Below, piece after piece: positions 16,895 to 23,987 of a stretch of DNA of 64,000 bases. The notes under the pieces are model-generated. The model saw only the letters and a list, made by a program, of their open reading frames with translations, was not told where the DNA came from and ran no database searches. Numbering within the stretch: position 1 is the stretch's first letter; each line of letters begins with the position of its first letter. The position numbers and the translations under genes are program-made. Source of the DNA: Bacteroidota bacterium (GTDB lineage: Bacteria > Bacteroidota > Ignavibacteria > Kapaibacteriales > Kapaibacteriaceae); assembly GCA_041170435.1 (NCBI GenBank), contig JBEAYU010000045.1:7975-71974 (forward strand), written 5' to 3'.

Positions 16895-17938
16895 ATGGCA
16901 CTGGCAACAACGAGTCTTCAGAAACGGGGCGCGGCGCTGGCCGACGCTGACGAGCAGCTGCGCGTTCTGCGAGGCGGCAATGCGACGTCGTTTGCTGAGG
17001 CATTGCGTCCACACGGACTCATGCCCCTGCGTCCGCGCTCGCTTACCACGCTCCAGGTGAACGTGGGAAAGATGTGTAATCAGGCGTGTAAGCATTGTCA
17101 TGTTGATGCCGGACCCGACCGGCAAGAGATCATGACGCGTGAGACGATGCAGATGTGTCTTGACGCGGTCGATCGTCTCGGTACGCAGATCGTCGATCTC
17201 ACCGGCGGTGCCCCGGAGATGAATCCGGACTTCCGATGGTTCGTCGAAGAACTTACGCGTCGGGATGTGAAAGTGATGGTGCGTTGCAACCTGACGATCA
17301 TCGTGGCGAATCCGAAGTACAACGATCTGCCGCAGTTCTTTGCCACGCACCGCGTGCATGTGGTGTCGTCGCTGCCCTTCTATGACGCAAGCCATACCGA
17401 CCGACAGCGGGGAGGGGGCGTGTTTGAGGACTCCATCATGGCGCTGCGCATGCTCAATGATGCGGGCTACGGTAAGGATGGAACGGGGCTGGTGATCGAC
17501 CTCGTGTACAATCCGCTTGGTGCGCTGCTGCCCGGTCCGCAAGCATCGCTGGAGAAGGAATTCAAACGTCAGCTCCTGACGAATCATAACGTTGTATTCA
17601 ATGCTTTGCACTGCATCACCAACATGCCGATCTCGCGCTTCCTTGAGTTTCTGGTGAACTCGGGCAACTACGAGCGCTACATGAGCACACTGGTAACTTC
17701 CTTCAATCCGGTTGCTGCTGAGAATGTGATGTGCCGTGATATGATCTCGGTAGGATGGGACGGCCAGGTGTATGACTGCGACTTCAATCAGATGCTGGAT
17801 CTTGCGGTTGCAAGCCCCCTTCGACATATCTCCGACGTGTCCGCTGAAGCGCTGATGGGTCGTGCAATAGTCATCGACCGTCACTGCTTTGGATGCACGG
17901 CCGGATCCGGCTCCTCGTGCGGAGGGCAGACCGCATGA
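16895..17938 (+). CDS. arsS: Radical SAM / Cys-rich domain protein, ArsS type (Cys rather than Sec form)
   Basis: CNQACKHC gives the CxxxCxxC cluster. The C-terminal CFGCTAGSGSSCGGQ tail is characteristic of this family. The position reported as Sec in some homologues is TGC (Cys) here. Confidence 0.8.
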   Translation: MALATTSLQKRGAALADADEQLRVLRGGNATSFAEALRPHGLMPLRPRSLTTLQVNVGKMCNQACKHCHVDAGPDRQEIMTRETMQMCLDAVDRLGTQIVDLTGGAPEMNPDFRWFVEELTRRDVKVMVRCNLTIIVANPKYNDLPQFFATHRVHVVSSLPFYDASHTDRQRGGGVFEDSIMALRMLNDAGYGKDGTGLVIDLVYNPLGALLPGPQASLEKEFKRQLLTNHNVVFNALHCITNMPISRFLEFLVNSGNYERYMSTLVTSFNPVAAENVMCRDMISVGWDGQVYDCDFNQMLDLAVASPLRHISDVSAEALMGRAIVIDRHCFGCTAGSGSSCGGQTA

Positions 17939-18504
17939 GCATCCACCGCTGCGGCTGGTGCATGAAGGACGAGCTCTACATGCGCTACCACGATGAGGAA
18001 TGGGGCTCACCATTGCACGATGATCAGATGCTGTTCGAGTTTCTGATACTGGAGACCATGCAGGCGGGATTGAGCTGGCATACAATCCTGAAGAAGCGTG
18101 AGAACTTTCGTGCCGCCTATCACCACTTCGATGTCGAGCGCGTTGCACGCTTTGGTGAACGGGAAATCGAGGAGCTTCTTCTCGATGCCGGCATCATCCG
18201 AAACCGCGCGAAGATCGAAGCGTCTGTGCGCAATGCCCGTGAGTTCATCCGCGTTCAGGAGGAATTCGGGTCATTCGATTCATACATCTGGGGCTTTGTG
18301 GATGGACGCCCCATCGTCAACACCTGGAACGAACTTTCGCAGCTGCCGGCGTCGACACCGCTGAGTGATCGTGTGAGCAAGGAACTCAAGCATCGAGGAT
18401 TTGGGTTTGTCGGAACAACTGTGGTCTATGCGCATATGCAGGCCACGGGAATGGTCAACGACCATCTTGTGTCGTGTTTCCGTCATGCAGAGCTTTGTTC
18501 ATGA
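17935..18504 (+). CDS. tag: DNA-3-methyladenine glycosylase I
   Basis: RCGWC...YHDEEWGSPLHDDQMLFEFLILETMQAGLSWHTILKKRENFR matches Tag strongly. Start taken at the ATG at 17935, giving an ATGA overlap with the arsS stop. Confidence 0.9.
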   Translation: MSIHRCGWCMKDELYMRYHDEEWGSPLHDDQMLFEFLILETMQAGLSWHTILKKRENFRAAYHHFDVERVARFGEREIEELLLDAGIIRNRAKIEASVRNAREFIRVQEEFGSFDSYIWGFVDGRPIVNTWNELSQLPASTPLSDRVSKELKHRGFGFVGTTVVYAHMQATGMVNDHLVSCFRHAELCS

Positions 18505-18938
18505 TCAACGTTCTCCTCGTCATCGCCGGCATCATCGGTATGGAGCTGTTCGTCGTCCTCTTTCACCGATACGTCATGCACGGCCTATTGTGGCGCATTC
18601 ACTCGACGCATCATAACCCGACTAAGCACCCGCTGGAGTTGAACGATGTGTTCGTAGGCTTCTTCATGAGCATCGCCTTTGGTCTCATGATATGGGGCTT
18701 CCCCGACGGTGCTCCGTTTCTGCTTGGCGTTGGCGTGGCGATCTACGGCACGGCGTACTTCATCATGCACGACATGGTCATCCACAAGAGGTTTCTGCGT
18801 CAGCCCCTTCCAAAGAATCGCTACCTGCAGGCCGTGTATCGCATGCACATGGCACATCACCGTCATGTGAGCAATGACACGGGCGAGGCCTACGGGATGT
18901 TCTTCGTGACGCCATCATACTGGCGCAAGGGCTCGTAG
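18501..18938 (+). CDS. crtZ: Beta-carotene hydroxylase-like (CrtZ / fatty acid hydroxylase superfamily)
   Basis: His boxes HRYVMHG, HSTHH, HDMVIHKRF and MAHHRH. Four TM helices. ATGA overlap with the tag stop. Confidence 0.75.
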   Translation: MINVLLVIAGIIGMELFVVLFHRYVMHGLLWRIHSTHHNPTKHPLELNDVFVGFFMSIAFGLMIWGFPDGAPFLLGVGVAIYGTAYFIMHDMVIHKRFLRQPLPKNRYLQAVYRMHMAHHRHVSNDTGEAYGMFFVTPSYWRKGS

Positions 18939-18940
18939 AC

Positions 18941-19594
18941 GTGTCGATCGGCACGCTGGTACTCGTCATCTGCAAGGCCCCGCGCAAGGGACACGTCAAG
19001 ACGCGTCTTGCGGCAACGGTTGGTGACGATGCAGCGTATCTGATGTACTCGGCCATGATGGCCCACGTGTTCAGCGAGCTTGCCCGCACCACCGTCGAGG
19101 TGCTGCCCGTCGTTGACGGACCCCGCGAACTTGTTCAGGCAGGAACCATTGAGCCCCTTGTCCAGCGAGGTGACAACCTTGGAGAGCGCATCATCAATGC
19201 ACTCGTCGATGCTCCTGCATCTGAGCGGGTGATGGTCATCGGCACGGACATGCCGTTCATTGATGCTGACCTTATCGCATCGGCGGAGTCAGCTCTCGCC
19301 GTGGCCGACGTTGTCATCGGTCCATGTGTCGATGGCGGCTACTACCTCATCGGAATGAAGACGCGTCATCCGGAGATCTTCCGCGATGTCGATTGGAGCA
19401 CCGAGCGCGTATTCGAGCAAACCATGCAGCGGTGCTCTGCTAAGGGGCTCACGGTCCACACACTCGATATCCAACGCGACGTTGACACGATCGAAGATGT
19501 AAAGGGGCTTGTAGCAACGCAGGTTAGGCACAAGGGGATCATCACACAGCTAAGGGCGTTTGCATATGCAGATGGTGATGACGGATTCGCATGA
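18941..19594 (+). CDS. DUF2064 / rSAM-selenodomain-associated transferase 1 (CofC-like nucleotidyltransferase fold)
   Basis: N-terminal VLVICKAPRKGHVKTRLA motif, GTDMPF and GPCVDGGYYLIG motifs. GTG start 2 nt after the crtZ stop. Confidence 0.7.
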   Translation: MSIGTLVLVICKAPRKGHVKTRLAATVGDDAAYLMYSAMMAHVFSELARTTVEVLPVVDGPRELVQAGTIEPLVQRGDNLGERIINALVDAPASERVMVIGTDMPFIDADLIASAESALAVADVVIGPCVDGGYYLIGMKTRHPEIFRDVDWSTERVFEQTMQRCSAKGLTVHTLDIQRDVDTIEDVKGLVATQVRHKGIITQLRAFAYADGDDGFA

Positions 19595-19635
19595 TCCCTT
19601 TCCATTCGTCGGGCAATTCTTCGTAACATCGGGCC

Positions 19636-20448
19636 ATGGAACTCAATCAGATACATTTAGGTAACGCTCTGGAGTTGGTCAATGAACTCGAGCCGGATAG
19701 TATTGATCTGATCGTTTGTGACGGTCCGTACGGGGTGACGCAGAATGAATGGGATCGAATTGGCGACATCCAGACATACAACCTCAATTTGCTGAGGATC
19801 TTCTCACGCGTACTGAAGCCAGGTGGTGCGCTCTATCTGTTCGGCAAGGATGATTGCATCGATTTTATCGACTACCGACCGTACCTCACGCTGAATCGAC
19901 GCATCGTCTGGTATCAGCCGAGTCGACTGGCGCAAGGGCGAATGAACTACACGAACAACTACGATATCATTGCCTACTTCTCGAAGGGCAAGGCCAAGAC
20001 CTACAACCTTGATGACATACGCGTGCCGCAGCTTGTGGAACTCGAACATCGGCTTCGGTGCGAACGTGTTCCTTCAGTCTTGAATGGGCAGTACGGTAAG
20101 ACGCGATTCAATGATCTTGGGAAAAATCCTGGTGATGTATGGGGTGATATCAAGCAGCTGACCTATAAGTCAAAGGAACTGCTTAGACGTGATCTTCTGA
20201 ATACCATTCAGAAACCAGAGCGACTGCTGGAACGTATTGTCCGCGCGAGTTCCAACGAAGGTGATGTTGTGCTGGATCCTTTCTCCGGCGTGGGTACAAC
20301 CTGGGCCGTGTGCGCAAGATTGAATCGCAATTTTATAGGGTTCGAGATCAATCCGCAGTTCATTGAGATATCACGTAAACGACTTGAATCATCATTAGTG
20401 GATACCGAATATGGCCTCTTCTCGGAAAACCCTCGTTCTGAGGTTTAA
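19636..20448 (+). CDS. Type II DNA methyltransferase (beta-class N6A/N4C)
   Basis: Catalytic-motif region DLIVCDGPYGV lies N-terminal and the AdoMet motif VLDPFSGVGTT is C-terminal (beta permutation). The gene is visibly AT-richer than its neighbours. Confidence 0.85.
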   Translation: MELNQIHLGNALELVNELEPDSIDLIVCDGPYGVTQNEWDRIGDIQTYNLNLLRIFSRVLKPGGALYLFGKDDCIDFIDYRPYLTLNRRIVWYQPSRLAQGRMNYTNNYDIIAYFSKGKAKTYNLDDIRVPQLVELEHRLRCERVPSVLNGQYGKTRFNDLGKNPGDVWGDIKQLTYKSKELLRRDLLNTIQKPERLLERIVRASSNEGDVVLDPFSGVGTTWAVCARLNRNFIGFEINPQFIEISRKRLESSLVDTEYGLFSENPRSEV

Positions 20449-20929
20449 TCGCAAAATCGCCAAGCGTATTATTCGTGCCGCCCAGCATCTCTATAGTGAT
20501 GGCCTAGCCCACGGCATCCGGAACATCTTTCAACCGGGCCTTATCAAGGAGATCATTATCGCGGACATTCTTGGTCACCGCGTGATCTCCAACAAACGAT
20601 TGCCGGACGCATGCAGCGCTACTGATGAAAGTGTGTTCTACGAGTACCTGACTTGTGAAGAGGGAGGCTCCTGGCAGATCGATAGGATGTTTTCAAAGCC
20701 CCTGGAGAAGCGCAGGACATCGCTCGACCGAATCCTTCGTAACGAGAAGCTCTATCTCGTGTCATTCAAACGCGACTCGCTGGATGTTTCTGTCATCTTC
20801 GAGGTCGATCCACAAGTCGCCGCTAAGGAAGCCGAGCGACAACTCAATGCAAGCAGTAATGAGATATCGCACATCTCTTTCTCTCAAAGCTGGACAAAGG
20901 TAAACGGAACCGTGGTGTGGACGAAATGA
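20411..20929 (+). CDS. Putative type II restriction endonuclease, PvuII-like
   Basis: 172 aa; overlaps the MTase by 38 nt. By-eye similarity to my recollection of R.PvuII: HGIRNIFQ vs HGINDIFQ, G-x-x-V...DA block, IFEVDPQ vs IYRLEPK. The Lys of the E-x-K motif is not evident. Confidence 0.5.
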   Translation: MASSRKTLVLRFNRKIAKRIIRAAQHLYSDGLAHGIRNIFQPGLIKEIIIADILGHRVISNKRLPDACSATDESVFYEYLTCEEGGSWQIDRMFSKPLEKRRTSLDRILRNEKLYLVSFKRDSLDVSVIFEVDPQVAAKEAERQLNASSNEISHISFSQSWTKVNGTVVWTK

Positions 20930-20968
20930 CATGATGTGGCCTTCCGTCAAGGTTGGTAGATTCACCAT

Positions 20969-22264
20969 ATGCACATCCTCATCATCGGTAACGGCATTGC
21001 CGGAGCAACGCTCGCACGCAGGCTACGAGAGCTGGGGCGAGGCGATGAGCCACTGGTGACGCTGATCTCCGATGAAGCCCCTTATCACTTCTCGCGTCCG
21101 GCTATGATGTACATCTCCACCGGACAGCTCAGGTACGAGCATACGAAGTCATACCCGGATGGGTCGTGGGATGACCTCGGCATCAAACGCATGCAGGGTC
21201 GGGTAGAGCGCATCGATGCCGAAGCGCAGAGGGTGCACATGAGCGATGGCACGACGCTCGAGGCCGATGTGATCGTCATTGCCACGGGATCGAAGCCAAA
21301 CATTCCGGCTGGACTCAACACCACGCTCCGTGGCGTGCATACCTACACGCGCTTGGAGGACGTGGCTGCGCTTGATGAATCCTTGAAGGGGGCTCTCCAC
21401 GGCGTGGTCATTGGTGGCGGTCTCATCGGTGTAGAAGCTGCCGAGATCGTGTCCACGCACATGCACAAGCGAGCGGGGAGCACTATCACGTGTGTGGTTC
21501 GCGAAGACGGATTCTATGCCAATGTGCTGCCAAGTGAGGAATCGCAGATCATCACCGAGCATTTGCGGCAGCACGGCATCAGCGTGCGGGTTTCCTCAAC
21601 GGTGGTATCCATCGACGATCAGGATGGTGATGGTCGCGTTGATCATGTGACGTTCAGCGATGGCTCCGTGATCCCGGCCAACGTGGTCGTTGTGGCCACT
21701 GGAGTGGTTCCGCGAACGGAGCTTGCCAAGGAGGCGGGAATTGCGTGCGGCGAAGGTATTGTCGTTGACGATCGATTTCGGACGAGTCATACGAAGTCAT
21801 TCCCGCAAGAGCGGGAATCCATTATCTACGCCATCGGCGACTGTGCTCAGCTGCCATGGGGTGTGCGGCCGACGTGGTATGCCGGACGCATGCATGCAGA
21901 GCATTTGGCCCACATTCTCGCAGGACATGACGAGCCGTTTCGCGATCCCATCGATTATAACAGCGCGAGGTTCTTTGATCTTGACTGGTCTACCTATGGC
22001 CACGTGCCCGCTGACGCGAGCGCAGTCAATAGCATTCTTCTCGTGGATACCGATGGCCAACGTTGTGTGCGAATCGTTCATGATGCCCACAGGTGCGTCA
22101 TCGGTATCCATGCGATTGGTCTGCGTTTGCATCAGACCGCGTGTGAGCAATGGATCGCGCAGCGCCAGCCCCTTGACGAAGCACTCAAAGAGTTGAATGC
22201 GGTGATGTTCAATGCTGAGTTTGTGCCGGCATTCGTTTCGGCATTTAGAGGAGAGGCGCAGTGA
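20969..22264 (+). CDS. FAD-dependent pyridine nucleotide-disulfide oxidoreductase family protein
   Basis: N-terminal ILIIGNGIAGA dinucleotide fold, second Rossmann VVIGGGLIGVEAA, C-terminal IYAIGDCA motif. Confidence 0.85.
   Translation: MHILIIGNGIAGATLARRLRELGRGDEPLVTLISDEAPYHFSRPAMMYISTGQLRYEHTKSYPDGSWDDLGIKRMQGRVERIDAEAQRVHMSDGTTLEADVIVIATGSKPNIPAGLNTTLRGVHTYTRLEDVAALDESLKGALHGVVIGGGLIGVEAAEIVSTHMHKRAGSTITCVVREDGFYANVLPSEESQIITEHLRQHGISVRVSSTVVSIDDQDGDGRVDHVTFSDGSVIPANVVVVATGVVPRTELAKEAGIACGEGIVVDDRFRTSHTKSFPQERESIIYAIGDCAQLPWGVRPTWYAGRMHAEHLAHILAGHDEPFRDPIDYNSARFFDLDWSTYGHVPADASAVNSILLVDTDGQRCVRIVHDAHRCVIGIHAIGLRLHQTACEQWIAQRQPLDEALKELNAVMFNAEFVPAFVSAFRGEAQ
21796..21822. repeat. REP-like hairpin copy (gtcattcccgcaagagcgggaatccat) inside the oxidoreductase CDS, in frame
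   Basis: Same element as 3352-3378 and 16281-16306. It translates as SFPQERESI, immediately before the conserved IYAIGD motif. Confidence 0.85.
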
Positions 22265-23370
22265 CAGGTATGCAGCATCCGGTGCAGATCATCCTTCCGA
22301 AGGGGGCTGGGCGGTCTGCGACGATGACGAGCTCGTTAGAGCAGCGTCCATGGCTGCGCTATATGCTGGCCGCTTTGATGACCGGCTTCTACGTCTGTGT
22401 TTACTGGTTCCCATCTGTGCTCGATCCGTTGACGCGATCCGCTGATTGCCTGTCACAAGCACTGCGACAACGTCCGGCCGATGTATGGTTTGTGTACGGT
22501 ACCATCTACACGATTGCCGTGGTTCTCTTTGGCATACGATCACTTCTGCGAAACGGTCACGAGCGATACCACCGCTACCGAATCCTGGTGCTCATGTTTG
22601 TGCAGTGCATTGCGGCGTATCTCATTCCCGCCATGCTTGTGCGCAGCGGAAGGGGCGAGTTCTACTTCTCCTACTTCTGGCCGCTCAAGCCCGAGTATCT
22701 CTTCCCATCATCCGTTACGACGATGATGTCGAGTCACGACGCTCTCATGACCTTTGCTGCTTGGTGGAGCATCATCCTGTTGGTTCTTGCCACGCCCCTT
22801 CTCACCTACTTCTATGGCAAGCGTTGGTACTGCTCGTGGGTTTGCGGCTGTGGAGCACTAGCCGAGACGGTCGGTGATGACCTTCGACACCTGAGTAGCA
22901 CGTCGAAGGACAGCTGGACGCTTGAGCGGTGGACCATCTATCCGGTCTTGGGAATCATCGCGATCATCACGATCCTGCTCTGGCAACAGCATGTTGATCC
23001 AAGTCCACAACTGTCGGGCGTTGTCAGCCATGCCAACCGCATCTACGGCTTTGTCATCGGCGGACTCTTCTCCGGCGTCATCGGCGTGGGCTTCTACCCG
23101 ATCTTCGGTGCCCGTATCTGGTGTCGCTTCGGATGTCCCATGGCCGCCATCCTGGGCATCCTTCAGAAGTACGCCTCTCGCTTCCGCATCGAGGTCAACC
23201 CCGGACAATGCATCTCCTGCGGCAACTGCAGCACCTACTGCGAGATGGGTATCGATGTGCGTTCCTACGCCGAAAGGGGCGAAACCATCAAGCGCGCCTC
23301 CTGCGTCGGCTGCGGCGTGTGCTCCAGCGTATGCCCCAGAGGAGTGTTGAGAGTGACGAGTGACGAGTGA
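22261..23370 (+). CDS. Polytopic membrane 4Fe-4S ferredoxin-type protein (NapH/MauN-like)
   Basis: Cys clusters CSWVCGCG, CRFGCP, CISCGNCSTYC and CVGCGVCSSVCP. Several TM helices. GTGA overlap with the upstream oxidoreductase. The stop lies within the heptamer array. Confidence 0.8.
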   Translation: MTGMQHPVQIILPKGAGRSATMTSSLEQRPWLRYMLAALMTGFYVCVYWFPSVLDPLTRSADCLSQALRQRPADVWFVYGTIYTIAVVLFGIRSLLRNGHERYHRYRILVLMFVQCIAAYLIPAMLVRSGRGEFYFSYFWPLKPEYLFPSSVTTMMSSHDALMTFAAWWSIILLVLATPLLTYFYGKRWYCSWVCGCGALAETVGDDLRHLSSTSKDSWTLERWTIYPVLGIIAIITILLWQQHVDPSPQLSGVVSHANRIYGFVIGGLFSGVIGVGFYPIFGARIWCRFGCPMAAILGILQKYASRFRIEVNPGQCISCGNCSTYCEMGIDVRSYAERGETIKRASCVGCGVCSSVCPRGVLRVTSDE

Positions 23371-23420
23371 CGAGTGACAAGTGACGAGTGACGAGTGACA
23401 AGTGACGAGTGACGAGTTAC
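23353..23420. repeat. Heptamer array (GTGACGA/GTGACAA), 9 units plus a partial
   Basis: Direct reading. The TGA stop of the 4Fe-4S gene (23368-23370) is inside unit 3. Confidence 0.95.
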
Positions 23421-23421
23421 T

Positions 23422-23817
23422 TCAGCCCTTACGCGCTGTTTGAATTGCGGCGACCAGCATTCGTCGGACATTAAGGGCTGTTGCCATAATCCCCTCCAGT
23501 TCTTTCGCGTCAACGAGAGGTGGCTCAGTGGTCAAGACGCCAAGCCAGTAGTACATCTCTCCCAGTTCCTTTTCGGCAATCTTAAGCTTGTGGACAAAGT
23601 CCTTCTTCGATTCGGCGAACTGCGCCTCTCGAATGTTTGCCCCAATCGAAGTTCCAGCCTTCAGCAACTGAGTTAAGACCGAGTGCTCAAGGGTAACTCC
23701 ACGGTTAAGCCTTCGACACAGAGTCCAGATCATTCGCGATAGAACAACGGAATCGTGTGACAGCGGTCCCTTGTCCCGTGATGGTAAGATGATGTCTGTT
23801 GTATTCACAAACATCAT
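23422..23817 (-). CDS. Four-helix-bundle protein (23S rRNA intervening-sequence protein / Avd-like family)
   Basis: QLLKAGTSIGANIREAQFAESKKDFVHKLKIAEKELGEMYYWLGVL matches the family signature (SIGANIxEg, F..KL.IA.KE..ET.YWL). ATG at 23817 preferred over the TTG at 23835. Confidence 0.85.
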   Translation of the reverse strand: MMFVNTTDIILPSRDKGPLSHDSVVLSRMIWTLCRRLNRGVTLEHSVLTQLLKAGTSIGANIREAQFAESKKDFVHKLKIAEKELGEMYYWLGVLTTEPPLVDAKELEGIMATALNVRRMLVAAIQTARKG

Positions 23818-23843
23818 AGAGCATTTAGGCAGCAAAACGTGAC

Positions 23844-23983
23844 GTCACTCGTCACTGGTCACTGGTCACTCGTCACTCGTCACTGGTCACTCGTCACTTG
23901 TCACTCGTCACTTGTCACTTGTCACTTGTCACTCGTCACTCGTCACTCGTCACTTGTCACTCGTCACTTGTCACTTGTGACTC
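23844..23983. repeat. Heptamer array (GTCACTC/GTCACTT/GTCACTG), 20 units; reverse complement of the 23353-23420 array
   Basis: Direct reading, unit by unit. A palindrome GTGACGTCAC at 23839-23848 forms the inner junction. The POT gene stop (23988-23990) lies just outside. Confidence 0.95.
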
Positions 23984-23987
23984 GTCC

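Noticed and set aside
16247-18148. 633-aa ORF on the minus strand
   Set aside because: It runs antisense to four well-supported + strand genes (AhpD-like, arsS, tag) and through the repeat array. Its sequence is Arg/His/Gly-rich shadow-frame junk typical of GC-rich DNA.
23422-23817. Diversity-generating retroelement, because the four-helix-bundle family includes DGR Avd proteins
   Set aside because: I found no reverse transcriptase ORF, no template/variable repeat pair and no target gene with an adenine-mutable C-terminal region nearby.
23353-23983. Integron cassette / attC interpretation of the repeats flanking the four-helix-bundle and TA genes
   Set aside because: The heptamers do not fit the attC core (RYYYAAC...GTTRRRY), there is no intI integrase in the window, and the flanks are tandem arrays rather than single imperfect palindromes.
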